Shown here in pieces: positions 50,913 through 60,694 of a DNA stretch of 64,000 bases (position 1 is its first letter; the number at the start of each line of letters is the position of its first letter). Source of the DNA: a bacterium (GTDB taxonomy: Bacteria > UBA8248); the NCBI GenBank assembly GCA_965203325.1, contig OZ241875.1, positions 640,001 to 704,000 on the forward strand. Direction: 5' to 3'. The notes below the pieces were generated by a model. That model was given only the letters and a program-made list of their open reading frames with translations. It did no database searches and was not told where the DNA came from. The translations under genes were made by a program, and so were the position numbers.

Positions 50913-52604
50913 ATGACGGAGCAGAAAACAGCCCTGAACCGATTTAGCCGGCGCATCACTCAGCCGCCCTCACAGGCCGCCTCACAGGCCATGCTCTACG
51001 GCGCGGGGCTGGATGAAATCGACATGAAAAACCCCCAGGTCGGCATCGCCAGCATGTGGTGGGAGGGAAATTCCTGCAATTTTCACCTCAACCGGCTCGC
51101 CGAATACATCAAGCAAAGCGTGAACGCCGAGAAGAAAATGATCGGTCTCATTTTCAACACGATCGGCGTGAGCGACGGCATCTCCATGGGCACGGAGGGC
51201 ATGAAATACTCTTTGCAATCCCGGGACCTCATCGCCGATTCGATCGAGACCGTCGTCGGAGCGCAATGGTATGACGCCCTGGTCACGCTCCCCGGCTGCG
51301 ACAAGAACATGCCCGGCTCCATCATGGCGATGGCGCGGCTCAACCGGCCCAGCCTGATGGTTTATGGTGGCACCATCAGCCCGGGGTTTCTGAATGGAGA
51401 CAAGCTGGACGTGGTCTCCGCCTTCCAGGCGTATGGAGAGTATTTTTCGGAAAAAATCGACGAGGAACGCTTCCAAGCGGTCATCAAGCACGCCTGCCCG
51501 AGCGGTGGGGCCTGCGGGGGGATGTATACGGCGAACACGATGTCCTCATCCATCGAAACGCTGGGCATGAGCCTGCCCTACAGCTCGTCAAATCCCGCCA
51601 TGAGCGAGGATAAGAAAAACGAGTGTCTCGACGTGGGGAAAGCCGTCTATCACCTGCTCGAAAACGACATCAAGCCGAGCGACATCATGACGAGAGAAGC
51701 GTTCGAGAACGCGATCACCATCATCATGGCGCTCGGTGGCTCGACGAATGCTGTCTTACACTACATCGCCATCGCCAAGGCCGTCGGGGTCGAACTCACG
51801 ATTGACGACTTTCAGGAAATCAGCGACAGAACGCCTTACGTTGCAGATTTGAAGCCCAGCGGGAAATTCGTCATGGAAGACCTCCACGACGTGGGCGGCG
51901 TGCCAGCCGTTCAAAAACTTCTCTTGAAAGAAGGCCTTCTCCACGGCGATTGCCTCACCGTCACAGGCAATACACTCGGAGAAAACATCGAAGCCTTGCC
52001 TGACCTTCATACGGGACAGAAAGTCATCGTGCCGCTTTCTTCTCCCATCAAGAAAACAGGCCACCTCCAGATTCTCTACGGAAACCTTGCGAGCGAGGGC
52101 GCCGTCGCCAAGATCACAGGAAAAGAGGGAGAACGCTTCGAGGGTCCCGCGCGTTGTTTCGATTCCGAGGAAGACGCCCTCAAAGGACTGGAGGAAAACA
52201 GGGTTCAAAAAGGAGACGTCGTCATCATCCGCTACGAAGGCCCCAGGGGCGGTCCCGGAATGCGGGAGATGCTGACGGTTACGTCCGCAATCATGGGAGC
52301 CGGCCTCGGAAACGACCTCGCCCTTATCACGGACGGGAGGTTCTCGGGCGGCACGCATGGTTTCGTCGTCGGACATGTCACGCCTGAAGCCCAAACCGGC
52401 GGCCTGCTTGCTCTCGTTGAAGACGACGACATTGTTTTGATTGACGCCCAAAACCGCGTCATGGAACTCAAGGCACCCGAGGAGGAGATAGAGCGACGGC
52501 GGCAGAACTGGAGTGCGCCCCCGCTTAAATTCACCAAGGGCACACTCTACAAGTACGCCAAGTGCGTATCTTCGGCTTCTGAGGGATGCGTGACGGACGA
52601 ATAG
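50913..52604 (+). CDS. ilvD: Dihydroxy-acid dehydratase
   Basis: CN, SDG.SMG, CDK, GGSTN, YEGP.GGPGM.EM, TDGRFSG. Confidence 0.95.
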   Translation: MTEQKTALNRFSRRITQPPSQAASQAMLYGAGLDEIDMKNPQVGIASMWWEGNSCNFHLNRLAEYIKQSVNAEKKMIGLIFNTIGVSDGISMGTEGMKYSLQSRDLIADSIETVVGAQWYDALVTLPGCDKNMPGSIMAMARLNRPSLMVYGGTISPGFLNGDKLDVVSAFQAYGEYFSEKIDEERFQAVIKHACPSGGACGGMYTANTMSSSIETLGMSLPYSSSNPAMSEDKKNECLDVGKAVYHLLENDIKPSDIMTREAFENAITIIMALGGSTNAVLHYIAIAKAVGVELTIDDFQEISDRTPYVADLKPSGKFVMEDLHDVGGVPAVQKLLLKEGLLHGDCLTVTGNTLGENIEALPDLHTGQKVIVPLSSPIKKTGHLQILYGNLASEGAVAKITGKEGERFEGPARCFDSEEDALKGLEENRVQKGDVVIIRYEGPRGGPGMREMLTVTSAIMGAGLGNDLALITDGRFSGGTHGFVVGHVTPEAQTGGLLALVEDDDIVLIDAQNRVMELKAPEEEIERRRQNWSAPPLKFTKGTLYKYAKCVSSASEGCVTDE

Positions 52605-52615
52605 AGGTTGAACAC

Positions 52616-52650
52616 AAAAAAAGAGGGGAGAAAACGACTCCCCTTTTTAT
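52616..52650. terminator. Bidirectional intrinsic terminator
   Basis: A-run, AGGGGAG..CTCCCCT stem, T-run between convergent genes. Confidence 0.75.
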
Positions 52651-52669
52651 TTATAGCTGTGGCGCCAGT

Positions 52670-53134
52670 CTACGATGCGCCGGTATTCTTCTTGCGGTTG
52701 GCGAATTCCTCGAAATATCCTCCGATAGAGGAAGCTCTCCAGTCAAAGCCAATCTCTTGGGCTTTTTGCAGCACTTCGTCTCCGCTCAAGCCTTCTTCTT
52801 CGGCCAAGTGAACAAGCGAGCAAATCCCGGCTCGCCCCACGCCTTTTCAGTGAACGTACACCGGACCGTCTCTCTTCGCCTCATGGAGCGCTTCATGGAT
52901 TCGTCCCGATAACGCATCATTCATGTTAGCGGCATTCACGGGAATATTCACAAAGTCCATTCCCAGTTCCCTCGCCGCCTCTCGTTCTGCATCGGGTGGC
53001 AACTCCGGTTCTTCCTCATCGGCGAAACGCAAATTGACCAGGGTTTTAATCCCCTTATTCGCCAGAGATTCCATATCCTTCCGGCCCGGCTGACTCCCGA
53101 ACACCAGATTTTCCGCCAACTCGAAGTAGTCCAT
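52670..53134 (-). CDS. DUF442/TIGR01244-like sulfurtransferase/PTP-fold protein, candidate selenoprotein (TGA at codon 96)
   Basis: ORF track stops at PVYVH-TGA; the frame continues KGVGRAG...GLSGDEVLQKAQEIGFD...TGAS to TAG at 52670, giving 154 aa. Confidence 0.82.
52814..52837 (-). other. Candidate bacterial SECIS hairpin
   Basis: GGGCGAGC-CGGGATTT-GCTCGCTT, 10-33 nt after the TGA. Confidence 0.55.
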
Positions 53135-53157
53135 ACCCCTTTTCCTCGACGATAGTT

Positions 53158-54000
53158 TTAGACTCGTTGCACCAGTTCTCGACAGCGAAGCAGGCAGGTT
53201 GCCTTTTCTTCTTCTCCGTCACGTTTATAAACTCCAAGCAGATTGTTGATCATTCTCTCCACAATGCGGCGAGGGGGAGTTTCCTGTAAAAACCGCATGT
53301 CGAAATGATACCCGAAGCTCCGCACAATCGCCGCGCAATCCCCTACGCTTAAGCGTTTTCCCCTGTCGAAGGGATCCAAAAATATGGGTTGCTCATCACC
53401 TTGGTATTTCACGATAAAATGTCCCGGCATTCCGACTCCGCAAAAGGGAAGTCCCAACCGCCCGGCAAGAATCAAATACAAAGCGGAAAGTGAAATGGGG
53501 ATGCCACGCCTGCGCTCCAATACGCGATTCATGAAACTGTTCTGCGCATCATAATAATTGTCCCGCTCGCCATCGAAGCGAAGCTCCCCATGTAGATACT
53601 CCACGAATTCGTCGACAATGGCATCGGCTTTACCTATACCCTCCAATCGCCTCCGCAAATGATTTTCCATACCCAGCAGTTCGTCTTTTTTCGTCTCCAT
53701 GTTTTCGAGCGGATGGCCGAAAGACGCCAACAAGAAGCAAGCGTCTTCCAGATCCACACCATCCACCGAGGAAAGAGACCAGTCCGAAAAAGCAATCTCG
53801 ATTTGACTGTAATGAAATTCCCGAAGCGAAGGCGGCAGTATCACCTCGCTCGCCTCGCTCTTCTTCATCATGTCCAGAAGTCTTTTCTGCTCCTCAGTCG
53901 AAAATTCGGCAACCTGGCGGTCCAATGCCGCCGTCACACGCGCTGAACCATCATTCAATAAATGGCAGAACGCCTCTAATTGCGAGTCACTCAGCGACAA
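53158..54000 (-). CDS. SirB1/transglutaminase-like (Transglut_core2) protein
   Basis: F.G....YY...NS....VL.RR.GIPISL, PGHF, DPF..G, RM..NL. Confidence 0.85.
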   Translation of the reverse strand: MSLSDSQLEAFCHLLNDGSARVTAALDRQVAEFSTEEQKRLLDMMKKSEASEVILPPSLREFHYSQIEIAFSDWSLSSVDGVDLEDACFLLASFGHPLENMETKKDELLGMENHLRRRLEGIGKADAIVDEFVEYLHGELRFDGERDNYYDAQNSFMNRVLERRRGIPISLSALYLILAGRLGLPFCGVGMPGHFIVKYQGDEQPIFLDPFDRGKRLSVGDCAAIVRSFGYHFDMRFLQETPPRRIVERMINNLLGVYKRDGEEEKATCLLRCRELVQRV

Positions 54001-54104
54001 AATGCCACTCCCCGGTTAGTGAGCGTCTTCCTCTATCTCAGCCTTTGAAATATGGTATTATCATTCGAACTAATCCACAATTCGCGCTCGCCAGGAGGAA
54101 TTGC

Positions 54105-55730
54105 ATGTCTACGTATGCCGACGTTGTGGCGGAAGTCCTGCAAGACGCGGGCATCGAATTCATTTTCGGGGTTCCTGGCAGTTTGAGTTCCGTCGAACTC
54201 ATCGAAGCTGCGAGAAAACGGAACATTCGCTACATCCTATGCAGCAACGAGAGCAGCGCAGCCGTGAAGGCGGGAACGTACGGCATCATGACTGGACGAC
54301 CGGGAGTTGTGAGTACGGGTGTCGGCCCGGGGGCGGCTGCAGTCCTCCACGGCGTGGCGAACAACTATCTCGAGCGTGCCCCCTGTCTCATTTTGACCGA
54401 TCGCTTCTCCGACGAGCAGTTTCGCCGTCAAGGACGGCAAAAACTCGATCAGGATCGTTTATTTCTTCCAATTACGAAAGGTACGATTAAGCTCGCGAAA
54501 GACAACGCTGCAGTAGCCATCAGGCGGGCACTGGCTCTGGCCGCCGAAGGGAGGCCGGGTCCCGTACATGTGGACCTCCCCTACAACGTCATGCTGACAA
54601 ACGCCGAAGAAAGCGATTTTCCACCCAAGACAAACCCCAAAAAGTATGTTGGCCGCATCGGTTCCGCCCACCCGGGCATTACAGCAACTCTCAAAGCAAT
54701 CTCGGAGTCGAAAAACCCGATAGTCATAGCGGGACTCCAGGTAAACCGCTCGGGACGAGAGGCGGAAAAGGAGTTCATATCATTCGCCGAAAAAATCGGC
54801 GCACCCGTTCTCGCCGCACCATCAGCGAAGGGCGTCTTGCCGGAACACCATCCCCTTGCCATGGGCACCTTCCGAGGCGCTCCCTCAGAACGGGAATTGA
54901 TAGACAAGTCGGACTTGTTTCTTTTGGTGGGATTCGACACGGTGGAAGTGTTTGCACCCGGATACTGGGACTATCCCCAGAAAGTGATCAATCTCGATGA
55001 AGTGCCGCATCTCGATGATTTGATTCGGCCGGAAATTGAAGTCGTTGGCCACCTTGCCGACATCCTCAGGGAGTTGAGCGCTACCGTCTCCCCCAGCCAT
55101 GCCTGGAACACCGAAGAGATGGATTCCTATAAAAAAATGAGGCAATCCGAATTGTTCCCCACTGGAGAGGGCTTGATGCCCGGCGCCGTCATTCGAATCG
55201 CGCGGGAATGCCTCCCCGATAACGGCATCATGACCGCGGATGCGGGAAGCCATAAAGTCCTGGCCAATGATATTTGGGAGACGAGGCGCCCTCTGGGTTA
55301 TCTGACCTCCAGCGGGCTGGGTTCGATGGCGGTTGCCACACCCGCCGCTATGGCCGCCAAGTTAATCGAACCAGACACGCCGGTTGTCTGCCTCACCGGG
55401 GACGGGGGTTTTCTCATGCGGATTGGCGACATGGAAGTCGCCGTTCGAGAAAATATCCCCTTCGTCACCGTCGTATTTAACGACCGCTACCTGAACCTGA
55501 TCAAAATCAAACAAGACAACCGCTCTTTCCCACGCCTTGGCACCGAGTTCCGAGATTCCGACTATTCGTCGGTGGCGAAAGGGCTGGGTTGTGAGGGCGA
55601 GAGAGTTTCTACTGAAAAAGAATTGAAAGATGCGCTCGCTCGTGCATTTTCATCCGATAAACCCTGGGTCATCGACGCCGTTATCAATCCTGACGGCTAT
55701 GTGGCTTCAAAAGACGTTCGCGCAGAGTAA
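54105..55730 (+). CDS. Thiamine diphosphate-dependent enzyme (acetolactate synthase-like superfamily)
   Basis: FGVPG, NE, GPG, GRPGPVH.DLP, GDGG...ND; ATG after AGGAGG. Confidence 0.88.
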   Translation: MSTYADVVAEVLQDAGIEFIFGVPGSLSSVELIEAARKRNIRYILCSNESSAAVKAGTYGIMTGRPGVVSTGVGPGAAAVLHGVANNYLERAPCLILTDRFSDEQFRRQGRQKLDQDRLFLPITKGTIKLAKDNAAVAIRRALALAAEGRPGPVHVDLPYNVMLTNAEESDFPPKTNPKKYVGRIGSAHPGITATLKAISESKNPIVIAGLQVNRSGREAEKEFISFAEKIGAPVLAAPSAKGVLPEHHPLAMGTFRGAPSERELIDKSDLFLLVGFDTVEVFAPGYWDYPQKVINLDEVPHLDDLIRPEIEVVGHLADILRELSATVSPSHAWNTEEMDSYKKMRQSELFPTGEGLMPGAVIRIARECLPDNGIMTADAGSHKVLANDIWETRRPLGYLTSSGLGSMAVATPAAMAAKLIEPDTPVVCLTGDGGFLMRIGDMEVAVRENIPFVTVVFNDRYLNLIKIKQDNRSFPRLGTEFRDSDYSSVAKGLGCEGERVSTEKELKDALARAFSSDKPWVIDAVINPDGYVASKDVRAE

Positions 55731-55893
55731 TGGAAATTTTTTGCTTGACACAATCTTCTCAACAACGCATGTTATACTGTATCTCGTTCGCTTTGATGGG
55801 GGGAATTCGCATTCCCTTTTGAATCAGAGTCCAGGCTGGGGCTGGGCATGATATCCTCGACCTCATGAGGGGTCTCGCGCGGGAGGATTGTAA

Positions 55894-56100
55894 GTGCCAG
55901 AAGGAACAGTGAAGTGGTTTAGCGACAAAAAGGGGTATGGCTTCATTTCTCGGGAAGATGGCGACGACATCTTCGTTCACTTTTCCGCCATCGTTGCGGA
56001 TGGATTCAAATCACTGAAAGAAGGTGAAAAGGTCACATTCGAGATCACCCAAGGTCCCAAAGGACTTCAGGCGGCGAATGTAACCAAACAAGAAGAATAA
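55894..56100 (+). CDS. cspA: Cold-shock protein
   Basis: [29 protein letters not shown]. Confidence 0.93.
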   Translation: MPEGTVKWFSDKKGYGFISREDGDDIFVHFSAIVADGFKSLKEGEKVTFEITQGPKGLQAANVTKQEE

Positions 56101-56136
56101 CTTTCCTCCCTATCATCGTATCTCATCGGGTAAAAG

Positions 56137-57492
56137 CTACACGCTGGCCTCGGTATACCCTAAAACCGCCTGTGCTGCATTTTCCCCGCTTCTCACCGCA
56201 CCCTCTACGGTGGCCGGCAATCCCGTGCGAGTCCAGTCTCCAGCCAGAAAAAAACCCTCTATCGGCGTTTTCGTATCTACCCGGTATCTTTGCTCCGCTA
56301 CCCCGTTCGCCCAGGTAGCGGCGCGCTCCCGCACCACCAAAATATCTCGAATATGGTTCCGGGGAATCATTCGATTCAGGCAATCTCTCGCAGAAGACTC
56401 GATAGTCGCTCGCTCAGCAGATGCGACGGAATCTTCCGCTCCTGCCAACAGACACACCAGATTCCTCACGCCTTTTCCACTGAATTCCGGGCGAAACAGC
56501 CAGTCCCATTCCTCATCTACAATCGCTTCGAAAGGAGGTCCCTCATCCGGTTCCTCAAGCCAGCAATAGGCGCTAGCAATAGGCCCCGGGCGTAGTTTTC
56601 CCAGATTCGAGAAGGGCACCCGTTCACTGAGTTTCCCGCCCAGCAGTCTGCCAAGGGCGTCGGGCGGCACGGCGGAAATAACGGCAGCCGCATGCAAGGT
56701 CTCGCTCTCTTTCAGAATCACGCCTCTCATTATTGAATTCTTGACGTCAAACCCGACGGCGGGCTGCTGAAGCCTCAACTCTCCGCCGTGGTGCCGGATG
56801 TGTTGAGCCGCGCTGTTGGCCCAAAGCGTACCCAAAGCCTTCATCGGCACCCCCAGCGCAGCTCCCTTGGGCCCATCGGCGAAAGCCTCGCGAATTACCG
56901 TCCTAAAGAGCGCCGCACTCCCCTGTTCCAAAGGCAAGTTCAATACAGCGCGCGCAAACGGCTCCCAAAACCAACGCACCGCCTCATCCTTCTGGCCAAG
57001 GCCATCAAGCATGTCACTCATGGATTCACCTGGGTTCTCACCGCCCGATTTGGAAACAATCTTCGAAAGGCCTTTCAGAAGATTCACTTTCTCCCCAAGA
57101 CGAGGGCCACGCCATTTGAGCAAGCCCCAGAGTTGCGCCAAAACTCCTCCACCTTCCGGAAATGACAATTGCGTCCGCCTAGCCGAATCCGCTTCCCGAA
57201 TCCGGTAGCTCACCTCCAGGGAGGGTGAGAACAAAACATCATCAGTGGCGCCAACTCTTTCCAAAAACGATCGCAACGCCGGATTGGCCGCCATGAACAA
57301 ATGCGGGCCCCAGTCCAGTTCCAAACCCGTGGATGAGTGAATGAAACTGCGCGCCCGGCCGCCGAGCAACTTCCCCGCCTCGAGCACGATTACTTTGATG
57401 CCCGACTCGGCAAGGCGTAAGGCAGCGGACAGCCCGGCGGCGCCGCCGCCGACGATGACAACCGGTCGCTCGAATCCGACAGGTTCAGGCAT
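56137..57492 (-). CDS. hpnE: Hydroxysqualene dehydroxylase
   Basis: GGG.AGL, LGGRARSF, LAGDWT.TGLPAT.EGAVRSG; follows hpnCD. Confidence 0.85.
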   Translation of the reverse strand: MPEPVGFERPVVIVGGGAAGLSAALRLAESGIKVIVLEAGKLLGGRARSFIHSSTGLELDWGPHLFMAANPALRSFLERVGATDDVLFSPSLEVSYRIREADSARRTQLSFPEGGGVLAQLWGLLKWRGPRLGEKVNLLKGLSKIVSKSGGENPGESMSDMLDGLGQKDEAVRWFWEPFARAVLNLPLEQGSAALFRTVIREAFADGPKGAALGVPMKALGTLWANSAAQHIRHHGGELRLQQPAVGFDVKNSIMRGVILKESETLHAAAVISAVPPDALGRLLGGKLSERVPFSNLGKLRPGPIASAYCWLEEPDEGPPFEAIVDEEWDWLFRPEFSGKGVRNLVCLLAGAEDSVASAERATIESSARDCLNRMIPRNHIRDILVVRERAATWANGVAEQRYRVDTKTPIEGFFLAGDWTRTGLPATVEGAVRSGENAAQAVLGYTEASV

Positions 57493-59652
57493 TTATGCTT
57501 CCAGAAAACAGCGAAGCGCTTCCAGTAGTTTTTCCCTGGACTTCAAAGAGGGGCGATAATCCATATGTCGAAAATGATTCTCCTCCATCTCGCTCAGGAG
57601 TCTCCGATAAATTCGGCCCATGATTCTGGCGGGAAGAAGGTTGCCTGTCTTCTCGCAACTCAAAGCTTCGTTCGCCCCCTCATAGTATTCACGTGCCCGA
57701 TGCGCCAGGAACCGAAGAAGGCTTAAAACCTCGGAAGTATCGTTTTTGTCTCTCAAATCGGATACCGTTACTCTATACTTCTCCATTTCGCTTCGCGGAA
57801 TATAAATGCGTCCCTGTTCCGCATCTTCCCATACGTCTCTCAAAATGTTCGTCATCTGTAGCGCTCTGCCCAAACAAACGGCGTAGTCTTTCGCAAAAAC
57901 TGATTTCGCCTCAAAGATGCCCAGACACGCCAGCCCTACTGCGGAAGCCACCTTGTCACAATAATTTTCAAGGTCCGATAAATTTTCAAATCGGCTCTCT
58001 TCCAAATCCATCGCCACGCCGTCACAAATCGCCTGGAAATGCTCCGGCGGCAAGTCGTATTTTCGCGACGCCCATGCGAGTTCCCCGATTATCGGGTGGG
58101 CTGGACTCTCCCCGCCCAACTGATCCAATGCCTCTTTCCACTCGCGCAACGAGATTGTTTTGCCAGATATTTCGCCTGGCTCATCGGCGATGTCGTCGGC
58201 CATGCGACAATACGCATAAACCGCCGTGATGGCGCGCCTTTTCTCCGCAGGAAGGCTGAAAAAAGACAGATAAAAATTCGACCGGCTCGCACGAATGAAC
58301 CAGCGGCAGTATGCACGGTTCAACTCTTCTTCGGCATGCAGATCCACACTGGATTCGAGTCGATAGACCGGGCGAAACGCCGCGAGCAACGATTGGGCCT
58401 TGTCCCGGCCATTCAAAAGCGGTGAACCCGCGCAGACGTTCCATTCCACACGGGAAATTGCGTCAAGCGCCGCAACGCCGCCGCGCCAAATCGCACGAAG
58501 TTCACGGCCCAATGCGCCGCGGGTTCGGTACAAAAGGGGCAAACCCTGCCTGAAGAGTCTTTTTGTTCTCTTTATCTGGAAAACCAGGAACGCGCGCAAT
58601 TGAGGCGTCGCCACATCTGCAAGCAAATCATCCTCGGAGACGGAGAATCCTTTCATCTCATCCTGAGGCATATAGACGATGCCGCGTTCGGCGTCTTCTT
58701 TCACATCTTGTAAGTGATTCGCAATCTGCAAGGCCGTGCAAATGGCGTCCGAGGCGCGAAATGCCTCTTCATCGCGTATCCCGTGCAGCATAAGAACGAT
58801 TCGCCCGACGGGATCCGCCGAGCGGCGGCAATAATCGAGCAAGGCTTCATAGTTCGGATACCGGAGGACTGTGACGTCTTGTTTGAATGCCGAGAGCAAA
58901 TCCAGAAATGGCTGTAAGGGCAAATCGAATTGTTGAAGCGTATGGGAAAGCGCTATGAACACGTCCGTATCTGCGATTCCCTTCTGGGCCGACACGAGTT
59001 TTTCTTCCCATTCATCGAGACGGTCGAGCCGCTCTTGTGTAGGTCTTGTCGTATCCGCGATATCATCGGCGCCCCTCGCGAATGCGTATACCGCGGCGAC
59101 GTGCGGCCTTATCTTCGCCGGCAACAACTTCGAGGCGACGGGAAAATTTTCGTAGTGGCCGACGACGATTCTCATGCAGGTATCATAAGCGGCGCTTAAG
59201 CCAGCCTCTGAGACGGATTTTGCCTCTTCACGCGAATCCCCTATTTCCTCGCCATTCATGAGAGATTCTATCAATCGCGCATCCGCAGGCAGGAAATCAA
59301 AATCCCCGAGCGAAGAAGGATGGACCCACTCGTGCTCCGCCACCCCCAAATTCTGAGTCACTCCGCTTTTCCACTCACAATCATAAAAGCGTAGGTGGAC
59401 GTCTCTGTCGGGATAGCTGTGACGGGTTTCCCAATGAAGAGAGCCAACGCGCACTTCGACCCCTAGTTCCTCGCATATCTCCCTTTGCAAGGCTTCCCGG
59501 GGGCTCTCACCATCCTTTATTTTACCGCCGGGAAATTCCCAATAACCCGGCATGTGTCCACCCTCAGGGCGCTGACAAATGAGAATGCGCCCTTCATGCC
59601 GGACAATCCCGGCGACGACGTTCAACTCCAAAGCGGCGGTTTCGCTCTTCAT
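57493..59652 (-). CDS. Nudix (MutT-like)-HpnC-HpnD triple fusion
   Basis: Nudix box WEFPGG...GE...AL.RE..EE; HpnC HYENFPVAS and DDIAD; HpnD SNFY and DDIAD, NILRD..ED. Confidence 0.85.
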   Translation of the reverse strand: MKSETAALELNVVAGIVRHEGRILICQRPEGGHMPGYWEFPGGKIKDGESPREALQREICEELGVEVRVGSLHWETRHSYPDRDVHLRFYDCEWKSGVTQNLGVAEHEWVHPSSLGDFDFLPADARLIESLMNGEEIGDSREEAKSVSEAGLSAAYDTCMRIVVGHYENFPVASKLLPAKIRPHVAAVYAFARGADDIADTTRPTQERLDRLDEWEEKLVSAQKGIADTDVFIALSHTLQQFDLPLQPFLDLLSAFKQDVTVLRYPNYEALLDYCRRSADPVGRIVLMLHGIRDEEAFRASDAICTALQIANHLQDVKEDAERGIVYMPQDEMKGFSVSEDDLLADVATPQLRAFLVFQIKRTKRLFRQGLPLLYRTRGALGRELRAIWRGGVAALDAISRVEWNVCAGSPLLNGRDKAQSLLAAFRPVYRLESSVDLHAEEELNRAYCRWFIRASRSNFYLSFFSLPAEKRRAITAVYAYCRMADDIADEPGEISGKTISLREWKEALDQLGGESPAHPIIGELAWASRKYDLPPEHFQAICDGVAMDLEESRFENLSDLENYCDKVASAVGLACLGIFEAKSVFAKDYAVCLGRALQMTNILRDVWEDAEQGRIYIPRSEMEKYRVTVSDLRDKNDTSEVLSLLRFLAHRAREYYEGANEALSCEKTGNLLPARIMGRIYRRLLSEMEENHFRHMDYRPSLKSREKLLEALRCFLEA

Positions 59653-59667
59653 TCAAGCTCCAAGAGT

Positions 59668-60477
59668 TCAATCCTGAGGAGGGTCGGTTGCCGCATACTC
59701 CGGCAAGCGCCTGAGAACACTTGAAAACACGATGGGTTCCGCCAGGGGCAACGCCTCGGCCAGTTCTTTTTCATCCGCAAAATACTCACCCGGCAGGACC
59801 AATCCCGGCATCCGCAGCTTGATCGAATCCCCAGAAAACGGCCAAGGGGATATTTCCAGATCGTCCACGTTGGCCGTTTTCACTTTCAAGCCGCTTTGCT
59901 TCAAGGGGTGGACAGCGTCATCGGGTGGGGTGATTTCCGGCGCCCGGCACGCCAACAGGGATAACGTATCGCAAACCCTGAGCAAAGACACGGAATTTTC
60001 GATTGCTCCTTTGTGTACCGGCTCAATCAGGGCGTCCAACATCTTCTGCCGTTTCGATTCAGCGTGGATAAACCCGTTCAGGACTTTGGAAACTTCGCCG
60101 GGCGCACCCCTTCTGCCTCCCTCGGCGAGCGAAGAGAAGTGAATGCTGACCAGACAACCCGAAAGCGGATGAAAAGACGCGCAGGCATCAATGCCCTCCG
60201 ACCATATTTCCACCGCCTTGTCCGCCGTTATGCCGAAAAAACTGTAAGGCAGTTTCGTCATTTCATCCCATCTCGGCGTGGCATCCGGGCGGCACCATCC
60301 AACGTCATGGTTGTCGATGGCGAACAAAACTTTCTCTCTGAGTTCATCCGGCGGGGAGGGAAGCGATTCAATACCTACCCAATTTCGCGCAATCGTGCCT
60401 GCGGCCCGGGCATGGTCATGCTGACAGATGAGGCGAACATGGCTATCTCGCGGACAAACTATCATTTGAAACACCAA
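59668..60477 (-). CDS. DUF3891-like protein
   Basis: Q.DHA..AG.IA..W, AI..HD.GW, S.H, CD.LSL, PWPF. Confidence 0.75.
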   Translation of the reverse strand: MVFQMIVCPRDSHVRLICQHDHARAAGTIARNWVGIESLPSPPDELREKVLFAIDNHDVGWCRPDATPRWDEMTKLPYSFFGITADKAVEIWSEGIDACASFHPLSGCLVSIHFSSLAEGGRRGAPGEVSKVLNGFIHAESKRQKMLDALIEPVHKGAIENSVSLLRVCDTLSLLACRAPEITPPDDAVHPLKQSGLKVKTANVDDLEISPWPFSGDSIKLRMPGLVLPGEYFADEKELAEALPLAEPIVFSSVLRRLPEYAATDPPQD

Positions 60478-60694
60478 AAAACGGCGGAGAATCCATTCTC
60501 AATCCGTTGAATCTCCAAATCCATGACCCAAAAGTATTTTATTTCGCCTGTAGAAAATGTAACAACCACCATGGCGGCAAACAAGAAAAAACAAGCAAAT
60601 GTAACAACCACTTGAACAAGCGTGCCAAAACACATAATTTTGCTACAAATCAGTATATATTCTTGTCCTGGAAATAAGGAAATCGCGCTAAATC

